A DNA stretch of 64,000 nucleotides from Kudoa neothunni (lineage: Eukaryota; Animalia; Cnidaria): NCBI GenBank assembly GCA_964304625.1, contig OZ199838.1, forward strand, positions 15,366,929 through 15,430,928. Direction: 5' to 3'. The translations under genes were made by a program, and so were the position numbers. Of this stretch, positions 36,426 through 50,365 are shown piece by piece. How positions within the stretch are numbered: position 1 is the first letter of the stretch; each line of letters begins with the position of its first letter. The notes beneath the pieces are model-generated. The model did not search any database and was not told the DNA's origin. It saw only the letters and a program-made list of their open reading frames with translations.

Positions 36426-38496
36426 CTAGCGCAAAAGCCCCGCTTCGCGAATGCTTCCTTGTCCAGCTAAATAATATAAAAGCTGGCACAGACTAAAACC
36501 CTTTTGATTTTTAAGTAAATAGCGCTAATGCCCAGCTTTTCCCGGTACTATGTGATGGAAAATTTTAATGTTTAATTTTATTTTTGAATGGAGACATTTT
36601 ACGGGGTATTTAATCTAATTAGAACGTTAAACCCTGTAAAGTTTATTTTTCTATTTTAGTTGATACATTTTAAAGCTTATCATTATTTTTGCAATGTGAT
36701 GATTTAGATAAAATAAATCATGTAAGCATTTTCCATTCAAATATAAACAAAGGTATTGAAAGAAATTAATGAATATTTTTAACTATATTTTACAAATTAA
36801 TGACCAAAAATATAATGACCTTAATTTTATGAGCAATGAAATGTAATTAACGATTAAAGTTAATTTATTTATTAGACAAAATCATTAAGTAATTTGAATA
36901 GGACTTTCAGTTCTTTTAAAAATTTCGCGATAAAAATTAATCCTTCTAGATATAAAATTTATTATTGGTCTACAAACGATAAAAAAAATAAAATGGACCT
37001 AAGGTGCATCAGAAATAAAAACATTAATTGTTACTCCCTTTTTCAATTTTATAAAGAATGTTAATGATGTTTTTAAAAGCTATGAGTGGTATGTTACGTA
37101 TTCACTATTTTAACGTAATTTTCCAATATTTAAAAGTAAATGAAAGTTTTCTTTTTAATAATAATACTTACTGGTTCAAAAATATACACAATTAATTAAC
37201 AAAATAAGATTAAATGTAAAATTTAAAGGTGTTCTTGGTATGAAGAATTACAGTAATGTTTAAATATCAACTGGCTTTCTCGAAGGAGTACACCCTTTTA
37301 AAAATAAACGTACTGTTTGATAGCCCTAAAAATATTTTTTCGTATTTATCTGTTCTTAGATTAACGAAAATTTTGTGAAAATATGGGTTAGATCGAAGAG
37401 ACCAATAATTTCTTATTAACTTACATGGCACGTATTGAGAGCAGACTGTATTTTGTGAAAAAGTAATCATGAATATAAATTCTTAAACTAAATATAGAAT
37501 GGGGTGTCGCATATTTTCATGCAGCTCTTATATCATAATGAATTAATGCGAGCCTAAAGAAAACTCTATATTGATTTGAATATTAATCTTAAGGTCTGGG
37601 GTAGGGAAAAATTAGGTTACTAAGATATTAAACATTATTTAAAAAATTCTCTCATCAAATATAGAAACTTATTAAATTAGTCATGTCAGTTGTTTTGCAA
37701 GAAGGTTTCGGAAAACTAAAAAATGAGTTAAAACTTATCGAAAAGACGAATATAGTTTCAATCTCAATCTATATATTGGATGAAAAGAAGTTTTCATATC
37801 TAAGGAATTCCAATGGAGCGTAATTTTCATTTAAGAATTTATCACAAAAATTTAATCATTTAAAAACTTTACACACATCTTACATCGTTTTTAGAATGCG
37901 TATAGAGACTCAAATTATTCCAACACGGCAACAACTTTAATCTCGAATTATTTGTTTTATTTAAAATGATTATAATCTTTTTCGCTTAACTATATTCATA
38001 ACGCTTTAAAAATTAAAATACATTCTAAATAATTTGGTTATGCTTCGAATTTTAAGGGAAATGCTACATCTCTTGTAAATATGGCTCTAGTGGCATTATC
38101 TGTCTCAAAATTACTCCAAACAGGCATATGTAGAATTTTTAAAAAACTTTATACCAAAATTAGCAGATTTTCTTTGTATATAGTTAGTGAAAGTTCATTC
38201 TAATTGACTATGGATCCGAAATGAACAAACATCAATATTATGCAGGTACTTTTTAATCTGGTAATTGATGAAAATAACCAGAAAATTCCTTATTTCTGAT
38301 AACGATATTGATTATATTTGTTTTTCTAAGTAAATTAACGATTTTTATCAATGGTATCATCCATTCAGATGCGAACTAAAAGCTGTATTTAAAAAAAGTT
38401 TATCCATGTCACATCCGCATTTGTGGACACACAGACATACAGATATACACACTGACAGACAAAGGATTTTATATATCTACTACATATATATATAGA
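36426..38496 (-). mobile_element. Non-autonomous Helitron-like element (~2.1 kb)
   Basis: Minus strand begins A|TCTATATATA followed by (CTGT/GT)-rich repeats (38425-38460), and ends with GC-rich TCGCGAAGCGGGG then CTAG|T, consistent with an AT target and no TSD. Whether both ends belong to one element is inferred. Confidence 0.6.
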
Positions 38497-39130
38497 TTAC
38501 TGTATTTGATTCAAATTATTTAAAAAATGTACAATAATGAAATTTATAAATATTATTGCATGATTTATATGCTCCACGATATTTGGCTCCTCCTATTTAA
38601 GTATTTTATCTAATCTCTCATTACTCCGTAAGAAAAATAACGGCGACACTCAACCTCCTATATTGTTTTAATTGATTTAAATATAAAATCGATGTATACT
38701 TGAATTATAATATTATGTTTTGCAGTGATGAGAATAAACAACTTTTCAATAGGATAATATGCAAATGCGATTAGGTTAATCATTTTTTTAAACTTCACAT
38801 AAATATTTGTTTTAATATTCCACAAAAATGTACCAACAATACCTAAAAATTTAAGATTTCATCTTTCATTACTAAAAAAATTAAAATCTCTTCACTGGTT
38901 TAGAGGATTGACAAAAGAAATAAATTTTATTTTAAAATTAAATTACCATTTATCTGAGAAACTAATTACAATTAAACGTACAATAAAAGTCAGGTAATCA
39001 GTAAATTTGAAAGTCTAATATTTTAATTAGTCATGTTATATATAATTGAAAAATTTACGAATGAAAATATTTTAAGTAAAAATTTCGCCCAAATGATCAC
39101 TACGCGCATGCACAAATAAACATACGTAAA

Positions 39131-40994
39131 ATGGACGACAGTTTGTCCTCGTTGCTATGTAATCTAATAGTAGACCTTATGGAAGATGCAAAAGAGCGGG
39201 ATACGAGCTCTATTGGCAAGATTGTAGACGAATTTTGTAGATTAGAACACGTCACATTGGTAATTTATCGTGGTTTGTCTCCAACCACCAAATTTCTACT
39301 GTACGAAGTGATTGTAAACATGAAAAAAGACCAACTACCACTTTTACATCTAAATCTATACAAAAAAGAGACAGCAAATATGAATCAAGATGTGGAACTA
39401 GCATTGAAACAGTTGAAAGCATTACAACTTGTATTGGCATATGACAGTGATAGTTATTTGGTGAACGAACAGTTTTGTAATAATTTGCGCGGTTACTTGA
39501 TGAATTTTGAAGAAGATGAAATCCGTGAACCTTCTCAACAATCGACGACCAAGAATGGTTTAAACCGTTTGGAGAAAGAACGAGATGTTAATTTTTTAAG
39601 AGATTATGCTCATAATAGATGGAATTCTGTGTTAAATTTTGTCACTCAAAATTGTTTCCAAGAGGTTAATGGGGTCAGGAATGATGCCAAGTTCACCACC
39701 ACTCAAGATATCTTCCAGATATTAAGTTTTGCAAGTACATAGAGTGCCAAGGTGGTAAATAGCTTCACGTTGGTATTTATAGATATAATTGAACCTCCAG
39801 ACGACGAAGGAGATTCTGCAGGTGATGAGGGTGGAGGAACATTTGAGGTGACATCAACTGGCTTCAATTTTCTGCTCATGACAACTGAGGATCAAATCCG
39901 TTTTTACATAGCTAGTTATTTAAGATATATTTATTATGGTGTTACTGAAGAATGTGCCGAGGGAAACACTAAATATCGACAAATTAATTGGGTTAGTATC
40001 ATTTTTGTGCATGATTGAACGTCACAATGAAGCTGAGCCGTTTAACCTAGCCCAAACCTATCCTTATGGTATAATCTTGTGGTTATGACATGAATTATGA
40101 TTTAACATTTTAAAAATAAAGTGTATTCTGAGCATGTGCGTCATTTTCGTGAAATTGGTTTGATTTATCGAAAAAATTCATCCTCCCCTAATGTCACATT
40201 CACCAACTATGCTATTATGTCTCTGTCTAATCGACGAACAGAGCAAGAATGTGGGTTTCTTGTTATATTTATTGGAACAATTTTAGCGATATGAGATAAC
40301 TTGGCATTAATAACTATTTTAGCTCTTCAAAACGAAAAATCAATAATGATATTGGAAACCAACTTAAGACTGTATCTTTACAACCCCACTGAACTTCGCG
40401 TTGCCTTAATAGCGCTATTTTCGGAGGTTTTTTTATTTTTTTTAATTAAATCGTCTAACTGCATTCCTTAGATATTGGTTCAGTTCCCAAATTTATGCAT
40501 TGCGAGGATAACTAGGGAATCAATTCAGCATGCCTTCGAATTGGGCGTCACCTCCAAACAAATAATCTCATTTATTTACAATGATATGAAAAAAGCATCT
40601 GCTTACAAAATGCAACTTCAACAACCATTTTCTGCGGATACTTTTGTCAGAAATAACGATCCTGACACATCTAATGTAGACAAAGAGCACGACTATGATG
40701 GCGTACTACCACCGACTATTGTTGATCAGATTTTGATTTGGGAGCAAGAGCGAAATCGTTTGAAACACTCTTTTGGTATTTTGTTGGATAAGTTCTCTGA
40801 TGAGATTGCTTACGAAAACGCCGTGCGAGATATTGCTTCCGTCGACCCCTCTCAAATGTTATATAACAACCCCAAAAACGCGAATTATAGTTTTATCGAC
40901 TGAGAACGGAAAGTTAGTTGATAGATTTTTAAAATAAATCCCTTGTACAGTTAATTTAAATGCTTAGGCGCGTGTGTTTTTATCCTGCGTTTGA
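39131..40994 (+). CDS. GTF2H4: TFIIH subunit p52 (Tfb2), multi-exon; 3' end uncertain, two apparent 1-nt frameshifts
   Basis: LVIYRGLSP, LRDYAHNRWNSVLNF, EVTSTGFNFLL, VRHFREIGLIY, MILETNLRLYLY, ALIALFSE|ILVQFPN, ITRESIQHAFELGVTSKQIISFI, LPPTIVDQILIWEQERNRL. Confidence 0.93.
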
Positions 40995-41713
40995 ATTCAT
41001 CGCAAAATTTTCATTTCATGGTACAGATAGGTTTTTACATTCTGCTGACAGATCAAAATATAACTCGATTTTCTACTGTTTTTAAGGAAGAATCTTAGAA
41101 TATGTTTTTAATTATATCCTTACTCCTAATTCTCATATGGGTTATTTTTTAAAAATGTTTTAATTATTCTATTTATTGATTTCAGTGATTTCAGAATAGT
41201 TCTTAAAATTCTTATTAAATCATTTTCTCACGAAAAAAGTTAATTATATCGTCCTAAATAACCCCCAGAAACTTATTTTGGAGATTAATGCTCTATCTTG
41301 AATATAACACTATTCATTCCTTTGTATAAGTAGACCATTACTGTTTCCGGTAGAGTGGAAAAGTTTTGGCGTAATAAATTTGTAAAGTTTTCCGAACATT
41401 TCAAACAATTGGACGATTTTTTGAAAAAAGTACGCTAGAATTTGTTATTTTACTCCAAAATTTATCAAAATTTACTTTACAAATTTGTTAAAACATTTAA
41501 ACTTAAACTATTGGAGGAACCCACGAAGTACTCGTACACTTAATCTATCTAAAATTCGATACTCTGATAAAAATGCTTTTTCACATAGAATTCGGTCTCA
41601 CTCGTAATCCGGAACAATAAAGAAATTGTTGATTTTGTGTTAGAAATATTGATTTAATGTTATAAATAAATTACTTTACTTCAAATGTATATTTTTTTCT
41701 CGCTTGAGCAAAA

Positions 41714-43432
41714 TCCTTTAATGAATTTGGGATAGAAAATTATCCCAAGAAAAATTTGTTTTTTGGATATGTAAATTATAATTCTAAACTTTCTAAGGTT
41801 TGGTGCATTTATTTGAAATAATGTTATTTAAAATAAAAAGTTAAATAACATTTTTTAATTATGCCATTGACGGAATACTACATTTTCCACCTTCCAATGA
41901 ATTTTGGGATAGAAAAATACCTCACAATTTTCCTTTCGAAATTTATAGACAAAATGATTTTTAAAATAAATAATTTTTTAGACTAAATAATGAGTTTTAG
42001 GATTTTCTATGGGGTAGATTTTATGATATAGCGCTTATAAACTGAAAATAAACAAGGGGATTCTGTATACGAACAAGTTTATGGTGGTGAGATTCTCGGG
42101 ACGAAGTTCTCGAAAATGATGGCGAACTTATTATATTTCCTACTACTGGGGAGAGAAATGGCAAAAAAATCTTAAATCGCCTACAATCCCAGTTCCAAGG
42201 ATATCTAGTAGTAACAAAATTTCGGATTAAAATATCAAGATGCGAATTTTGTCCTAGAAAAAATTTGGTGAAAAAAGCCAACGTTGTATGGTATGCGCAG
42301 TATGCAATAATTATTGCTGTAAGAACCACCAAATACATGTTTTTGAATCTTATTTACATAAAATATGGTTTATTTTATGGCACAAAAAATAGGGTAAATG
42401 ATAAGAATCTACGGCGAATTTTCGCGAACAGAGATAAAGCACTAAGTTTACTTTTAATTCTCCAAATAAAGTGGTTAAATCAGGATGACATTATTGTAAT
42501 TGTCTTTAGAAATGTTGATTGTAAACCCTCAATAGGGTTTGGAATGAACGAAATATCGTTCATGACTCTAAAATGAGCATGCAAGATTTAGTTGGATATT
42601 TGTTTCCTCTAGGCAGTTCTTTCAAAATATTGAAAAAATGAACATAAATTAATATTTTTGAACTAGTTTCCCTTCTGTAAATGTTTTGTTGTACTCGTCT
42701 TCAATGAAGTTTGTTGATATGGAAGCAAATGAGTTTATTGACAAATATAAAAATTCAACAAAATTTTGATATTAATTATATAATCCGAGTTTTTGAAGTT
42801 TTCTGAAGAATATTTTACCAGAATGTCAGATGTAAAAATGAATATTCACTTTTGTGGCTTTTTTTTAAATTAACATAACCTGTCATTTTAAATCGATGAC
42901 AATATATTTTTGTAAAGATAATCTTCATACAAACTCATGTCATTATTTTTTTGAAGTTTTTCCAAAATTTAAATAATGAGTATTTTACAAAGCAATTTCA
43001 ATCGTACTGCGCGCGCATTCATAGGCGAAAAATCGCATACCCGGACGAGAATGATGTACCACGCATGCATGTGGGGGTGTTGTAAGTTGATGTGGTGTCT
43101 TTATAAGGCATTGGTTTAGGACTTTCATTATAAAAAATTAATTATATTAATATTTTAATTTTAAAAGTTAAAATTAGAACAACACACAATACATCGAAAT
43201 CGGACATAAAAGCTAATAGGACGGTTGTTGACGAAAATGGGGTTCGTCGGAATATCGATATTATTGACGAAGTTATTTACTCTGTAGCACCTTATTCTTT
43301 TGTATTTACATTAAAATAATAAATACTGTTTCATAAGTAATTTTTTTCGTAACAAATGATAAAATAAAAATATAGGGTATTTTTTATTCCACGGTTCATT
43401 GGAGTACAGTTGATTATCGTTACATTAGAAGG
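41714..43432 (+). mobile_element. Non-autonomous piggyBac-like element, family B, long copy (~1.7 kb)
   Basis: Degenerate left end TCCTTTAATGAATTTGGG, right end CATTAGAAGG|TTAA. Matches the 24238 copy at both ends, with ~0.75 kb of extra internal sequence (~42390-43120). Confidence 0.8.
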
Positions 43433-44265
43433 TTAATTTTCGTACGATTTAAGAATGATTGCATGAAAAAATAGGGATTTTTCCCCCACAAGATAAAACT
43501 CTGGGGGAAGCTTATTGAGTCATGAAGTTCTGACTAGTCAAACCGCCTGTATGAATTCTTAGGATACAGACAGCAAGTCAAATTAAACCCTAACGTTACC
43601 TCTCCGCCAAATCATACTACAATAGCATAGCAATTTAACTCACTGAACATAATCATCTTGGAGCGACAACCATTTGAGAAACTCATCTAACTTAAACTCT
43701 GACAGAGTTAAATTTGTGGTGCCTATTGAGGTGCATTACCTAATACCTTTCCAACGACTCAAACCTTAAATCCAACCCTCTTGAATTATAAAATCACGTT
43801 CGTTGCAAATACTACAAATAGGAAATTATAATTAGGGGCAATAGTTGGTATAACATTAAACCTAATCATTATAAATTACGATGCCACAATGCACACGTTG
43901 TAAGCAGTGTTTACATGAACAATATGTGTTTATTGGCCGTGCGCTAGAAATTCACTGAGACCTACATTAGTGAATAATGGTATATATTCGGCGTTTTAAC
44001 CTGGTAACGACTCAGCACATAAACTATGAAATCACAGTCCAGTAGTCAATCACCCGTAGCATCTGATTTGCCATTTCACATTATTCACGCTCAATACAAA
44101 GCTAAAATTGGATTAAGTTTGCTTACTTAAAAATTTATTGTCTACATTATTATTACCCCAATTAATTTTGTAACTTTTATACTTCAATATCACTTTATTT
44201 ACTTGTTTATATTAGGATTAATTAAAAAACAATCAAGCTGACCATCAAACCAATAGTCTAATTAA

Positions 44266-45460
44266 CCCTCTAACGCAGCGCTACTTGAGTCGAGTCGACT
44301 CCAAAGTAGACTTGAATAACGTGTAACTTTTCTCCCTTAGTTCCAATGTTCTTGAATTCAAACTATTCTTTATAAATATATTCTCCTATGCATCTGAGAA
44401 AAATTGGATAATTTAGGTTTTTGTATGTAGCCAAAATTTGAAGGATACCTTTCAAGGATCATTTGGGGTTGATTCGACCCCATCTTTTTATTTCATCATT
44501 TTGTACATAAATTTCATTAAATTTGTTGTGTGAGATATTAAAAAAATGTACCGACAGAATTCTAAGGAAAATCAAAATTAATCCTCGAACTAATCTTACG
44601 CAACCTAATCGAACAGTGTTCGTGCGCAATTTCGGCGATCGATTGCGCTAGATATTATGAAATATTTTTCTCCTTCGGTAGTAATTTAGTATTAGAATAA
44701 TATCTACTGATTTCTGATTTAATTTTTTATTCCAAAACGATTAGTCTCTTTGTAGTGAATATGAGGATGTTATAATTGAGGATCTCTCAAGAAACTGATG
44801 ACGACGATCTGAGCATATGTGATAATTCATTAATTAGTAAATATGGGTTAGTTTAGAATCTTCAAAAAAGATCTTAATCAAGAACAAGCGCAGAAAATAT
44901 TTTTTTGAACTCTCCGCCGCGCTCAACAATCTATACGACGTTGAGAGTAAAATCAATGCTTGATTGTTGATATTTGCGGATTGTACATTGACCAGTTTGT
45001 TAGACGTTTCATTAAATGTGTCAAAATTAAAAAAAAATAAACCACAGAAAATAATATATTACGTAAGTAATGTTATGTTACGGTTGAACTTTCGGATGCG
45101 TTATTTTTTTAAGTGCACAAAGTAATAAAGCTACCTTTTATGTTAGTTTTAATTTAAGTAAAATTTCGCGAAAATTGTAATAACTAGCATCATTAAATTG
45201 GTTTGTATAGATGAATCTTATTCCACAATATAGCCGCCGTTTCCTCGGTATGTAATATAAACGATTTGTAGCGAACATATCTGAATTCATACATTAACGG
45301 ATTATCGAAGATTAATGAGTTAGTAAACTTTCATCTACTCAAAACTTCCTCAGTAGATTTCTTACATATTTTTTAGTAAAGAAAACTAAAATAAAAATGA
45401 GGGGTCGATTCGACCCGAAATGATCGTTGGAGGAAAATCGTTTTTATGGTCGTTAGAGGG
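44266..45460 (-). mobile_element. Non-autonomous piggyBac-like element, family A, copy 2 (inverted)
   Basis: TTAA|CCCTCTAACG ... CGTTAGAGGG|TAAA; reverse complement of 6065-7261 along its length, with the same GGGGTCGA.TCGACCCC palindromes. Confidence 0.9.
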
Positions 45461-46058
45461 TAAACAAATGGTAAAAAATAATAATATAAACAATACTTCT
45501 TACTAAGAAAATATTATTTATAGCCTATAAATATTCTAAATTACTTGATTGAATAATTAATGAAAATTAAACCTGGGGAGCCATAAACTATTATTTAATT
45601 CGATTAAAAAAATAACAAAGCCATGTAAATATAATAATTAACGAAATTGCAAAGTAATACCAATTAATTAATGTAACGAATATTTCATTATTCCAAAAAT
45701 GGTAGGTTGCTTAAATGAAATCAATAAATCGTTGATAGTTTTTTGCGTTATTTCATTATCAGAAGACCAAACTAAGTTTTATCGGTAGGAAATCAATAAA
45801 TTTAATCTTAAATACGTAGCTTAAATTCCTATTACAAACATCAAATGCAATTTCAGCAGGATTTAACAATTGGAGCGTGGAAAACAAACGAAAACAAGAA
45901 GTAGGTAGCTTTTGGACTTTTTCCAGAAAATTCGACATAACCAACCATATAAATAGGTAAAAATATCACAAAAGGCCAGTAAATAAATATTAATAAAACG
46001 AAACAATCACCCGAAAACATAATCCAACAGACTTGCGCGATTCGTCACATTCGGTTAA

Positions 46059-49000
46059 ATGATTGAAGGACGCTCCCAGACACATGATGGAATTCACGAA
46101 ACCAACGATAGAAAAGCATCACTGTACGCGTTGGCAATAATAATTGATGATCTAAAAAATGATGATCCACAAGTAAGCCCAATCTGAGTTGAATACGTCT
46201 TAATGTCATATCGCCGGTGTATAGTGTCGATTGAATGGAATCAGTAAGTTACCGACCGTAGCGTTGGCGATTGGTCCTGAACGAACTAGGAGTGAATTGT
46301 TAATGTTTCTCAAAGAGGCCACAAATGACGAAGATGAAATACTTTTGTCTATTGCTGGCCAAGTAAATTTTTCTGGATTGCTTACCCATAATGTTAACTG
46401 TTCACCTTCAGATGAGTTCTTTTCTAACCTACATTGGTGGTATACAATATGTGTCACATTTGATTCCAATATTGGAGACTATTATGTGTGTGGAGGAGAA
46501 TATATGCCGAGAAGAGGTAATCAAATGGATTTTTAATAGTTTTATAATGATGTTTTGGTTACACATTATCTACATATAATTGATTTAGGCGATCAAATCG
46601 ATGAATATCCTCATTGAACAAATGTCAGTTGATCAAGTGGCTGATTTGATTATGCCACTGTTTGAGAAATACTATCAAAATGAGATGTTCACTATTAAAA
46701 GTTCGTTGTGTTGTTTGTTTGTCGAAACCTATTCGAAGTTGGAAAAAATGGACTTTAAAGAAAAATTATGCTCGTAAATTGTGTTTCTATTAGGTTCAAC
46801 TGATATCCCTCGTCGATTCGTATTTTAGCATGTATAAAGAAATGTGTACAGATGACGCACCTATCACTAGAAGAGCTGCCGCTTCTAAAATGAAAGAAAT
46901 TATTCCTGTTCTATCCTATGAGCACATTGAAAATGAAATTGCGCCCGCTTTCCTCACACTGCTAAACGATGATCAAGATTCGGTTAGAGTTGCAGCTGCC
47001 GAGGCTTTTCCTGAGATTTTAGCCGCCGTCAGCCCCAACGAAAAACTCACCAACATCCTCCTTACCGAGTTGACCAAATTGTTCCGAGTAAGTTTTGTTG
47101 TTGTTGTTGTTGGGTGGCAATTTTGAATGATGAAAGTAATCGTTTCATGCTTTTTAACTAATTGTCCATATCTTTGCAATAATTACTCTCAGCGCTCATA
47201 TTCAATACCCACTATTGCGTATTTAATTGGGTTATCAGCCATTGTTCTCAGAAACATTAAAGTATGTTAGTTATAGCGGGAATGTGCGATCATTGTTGTT
47301 GCATAAAAGAAGCTGTTAAATGACCCCTCAACAACAAAATTTAATCTTCTATGTAGATTGGACTACCATTAATTGTTTCGTGTCATTTTTGTGATTTTTT
47401 GTTCCGATTATAATTAGTTGTAACATTGTTTTTGGTTAACATTAATTTGAACAATATAAAAAAGAGATAGAGGTACTCTAAAATAATCCTCTCGACTTAG
47501 TTTTGACTATTATTGGTAATTTCTAAACTTTAGCTCAATCTTTTCTTCCAATTCTAATTAGCTACTGAATATAAGTAGTTGAAATCTATTTGAAGAATGT
47601 AGAAAAGAGATAGAGGACCTCTAAAATTATTTGCGCACGCACAACTGAACAAGAGATTAAATTATGCATCTCAAGGATAATCCTCTCTACGTAGTTTTGA
47701 CTATAATTGTTAATTTGTAAACTTTAGCATAATCATTTATGCTTATTCTAATTAGCTACTGAATATAAGTATTTGAAGTTTTAAGGAGATTTTGTAAGAG
47801 TACAAATCTATGAGACCCAGGCGTTAACGATATTAAGAGATTTAATTTTTACGTCAAATGCATATTCGCCAGTACGTGGCTTGGCTATGATATAGTTTAA
47901 AAAATTAAATTTTTACGCAAACTTTAAGAGTAATTTCGTTAGATTATATTTTAAGCCGCGCCTGCACGATAATAGTAATAATAATATTTTTTTATTATTA
48001 TGAACTGACAACAACCTATGTAAATTGCAAATTGCCATCTTATGTATATTTGAATGCGAATCTAACAATTCTAACAATAGGACAAATCTTGGCGTATTCG
48101 CTATAGAATTGCGGGCTCTGTTGCGTGTTTCCATGGTATTGTTAGCGAAGAATTCATAAGCAATAACTTGTTGCCCGCGTACGTGTCCTTTCTAAAAGAT
48201 GACGAGCCGGAAGTGAGGACCAGTGCGGCTCACCGATTGTATGATTTCTGTTTGACACTCCCTCAAAATCAAGTGTCCAACATTCTGCTTTCGAAAATTG
48301 TACCTTGTATCAAAGTGCTATCTGACGATATCAATGTAAATGTGAAATCTGCCGTTGCTACGGTTCTTTTGAGATTATCTGACTTTCTCGACAAAGCAGA
48401 GTATAATAGCCTATTGTTTTTGTTTGTTTGTATCAATTGATTTAGAACCTCTAATATTCTTATACCACTTTTCAACGCGATGCTTAAAGATTCTGTAAGT
48501 TGAGCTCGTGTAGACGCATGCGGATATCCACGTGGGATTTCCAGTCGATTTAGTTATATGCGCACTAACTATTGAGATTATTTTCTGTTTGAATGAATTT
48601 ATATTTCGAAAAATCGCTTTAAATTTTGATAACGTATCAAATTTAATTTGATTCGATATTAGTAACATATATCTAACACAATTGACTTCAAATGACCCAC
48701 AGGATAGAATAATCCCGCAGATTAATCGGATTTGATATTTCCCTTAATTTTGTGTTATTCTAAATTAGGTCGCGGACGTTCGCCTAAATGTACTCTCTAA
48801 TCTCGAGAACATCAACAAAGTTGTTGAAGCTGGCGAACTTTGCAACACTCTGCTCCCAACAATCATCGAGCTTGCGGACGATTCCAAATGGAGAGTCAGA
48901 CTGGCTATTATTGAATATATCCCTAGTTTGGCGAGACAATTCGTAAGGATTTTTTTCCTTGGATTAGTGCGGTTAAATATTCTCGGGGGTTCTCGTAGAT

Positions 49001-49804
49001 TTTTTTAAGCGCTATTATGGCGCCAACAATTCTTATTCCTACTAAATTTTTAAAATTGTAGGGAATACAATTTTTCGATTCCAAACTTATATCTCTTTGC
49101 GTGAGCTGGCTCACAGATCCAGGTATTGATTGCTGTGCTTCCAGTACCAACAATTTCTAACAATAATTTTGATTAGTTTTTTCTATTCGAGATGCTGCGG
49201 GAAAAGTTCTTGGTGAGTTGGTCGAGTGTTTCGGCATCGATTGGGCTGATGTAATTCTATGATCGCTTTGTTGTCATATCATTGATTTCTTTCCAAATAC
49301 AGACAAATATACTTCCCAAATTGACCGAGCTGCACACCGATGTCAATTATCTTCGAAGAATGACCTGTTTATTTACTATAAATGTATTTTTTGTGTTGGA
49401 TAAAAGTCACGTGATTTTAATTTCAATTAAGCACCTGACCAAGGCCAAAAGCTCCGCTGTACTTGTTCCCAAATTTTTATCTCTTGTAATCAAACTTGCC
49501 GCCGACCGAGTCCCGAATGTTCGATTCAATTCAGCACTCACACTTCAAAATGTAGCTCTTCTGCTAAGCTCAGAGTGAGTTTTGGTTGCTGACCACGTGA
49601 CAGCAATTAGTAGTTTCTAGCTGGAATTAATTTTTTCAACTACTTAGTGACGACACTTTGAAAAATACTGTCATACCGAAACTGAACGAATTAACCACCG
49701 ATGAAGATGTTGATGTTCGTTCGTTTTCCACCAAAGCTATCGAGATTATCCATTCTCATTTTTCTCTGTCGGATGTAAATGCGACCACACAGCTTTCACA
49801 TTAG
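46059..49804 (+). CDS. PPP2R1A: PP2A 65-kDa scaffold subunit A (HEAT repeats), 13 exons
   Basis: [18 protein letters not shown]|[103 protein letters not shown]. All 12 introns are GT-AG and the frame is intact. Confidence 0.97.
47461..47778 (+). repeat. Diverged direct duplication (~120 bp x2) in a PP2A-A intron
   Basis: AAAAGAGATAGAGG..ATAATCCTCTC..TAGTTTTGACTAT..TTCTAATTAGCTACTGAATATAAGTA occurs at ~47461-47583 and ~47603-47778. Confidence 0.8.
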
Positions 49805-50092
49805 TTTATACTTTTACCCAATGAATCTTTCTGTATAACAACTTATAATCAGGGTGATAGCAAGCTGTGGCTAGCTAATATAATTTATCTTTTAATCACG
49901 ACAATTGTTCAAATAAAACTACGTTTTGCTTTTACTTTTTTTTTATTTCTTGTAAAATGTTCGCGCGTGCTCAGAAAATATATGACGCGTTGAAATATAT
50001 AATAATAATAATAATAGCGTTTAATAAATGCGTTGTTCTGTTTTCTTTGAAATAATTTCTATCAAGATTTTAATTGTGCATTTGTATGCAAT

Positions 50093-50116
50093 GAATTGAG
50101 TTGAATTGAATTGAAT
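50093..50116 (+). repeat. Short (TGAAT)n pentanucleotide microsatellite
   Basis: GAATTGAGTTGAATTGAATTGAAT between the convergent PP2A-A and GPx 3' ends. Confidence 0.6.
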
Positions 50117-50254
50117 GGAGGTGATTATTCATCGTACGCCAATATCAATATATAACGAGCTCTAATATATATGTACTGTACCGATGAATCGAGCATTTGA
50201 TGGTTGGAAATCCTGAATGATTATATTTCTCAATATACAAAATAAAATTTACTG

Positions 50255-50335
50255 GTCGAAATTAGATCAATTTTTCAAACTAATGACTCCAAGTCAATGG
50301 TTTGTCACTAATCATCATGAGAAAATAGTTTCAAC
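50255..50335 (-). promoter_or_regulatory. SECIS element (type II) of glutathione peroxidase
   Basis: GTTGAAACTA..ATGA-T-GATTAGTGAC-AAA-CCA-TTGACT-TGG-A-GTCATTAGTT-TGAA..TAATTTCGAC: core, 10-bp helix II, AAA 11 nt after AUGA, mini-stem and helix I. Confidence 0.88.
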
Positions 50336-50365
50336 ACATGTGTATTTATTATTGGTGGTGAATAA

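Noticed and set aside
39925-40880. Programmed frameshifting or editing in GTF2H4 (breaks near 39930 and 40874-40878)
   Set aside because: Single extra bases in short homopolymers, as in pICln and SELENOT; consensus error is the simpler explanation for an essential gene.
42021-42576. Two ~105-aa ORFs
   Set aside because: Inside a family-B element, not preserved as ORFs in other copies, no transposase motifs.
43586-43594. AACCCTAAC as a telomerase RNA template
   Set aside because: No pseudoknot, CR4/5 or H/ACA features seen; a 9-mer is expected by chance.
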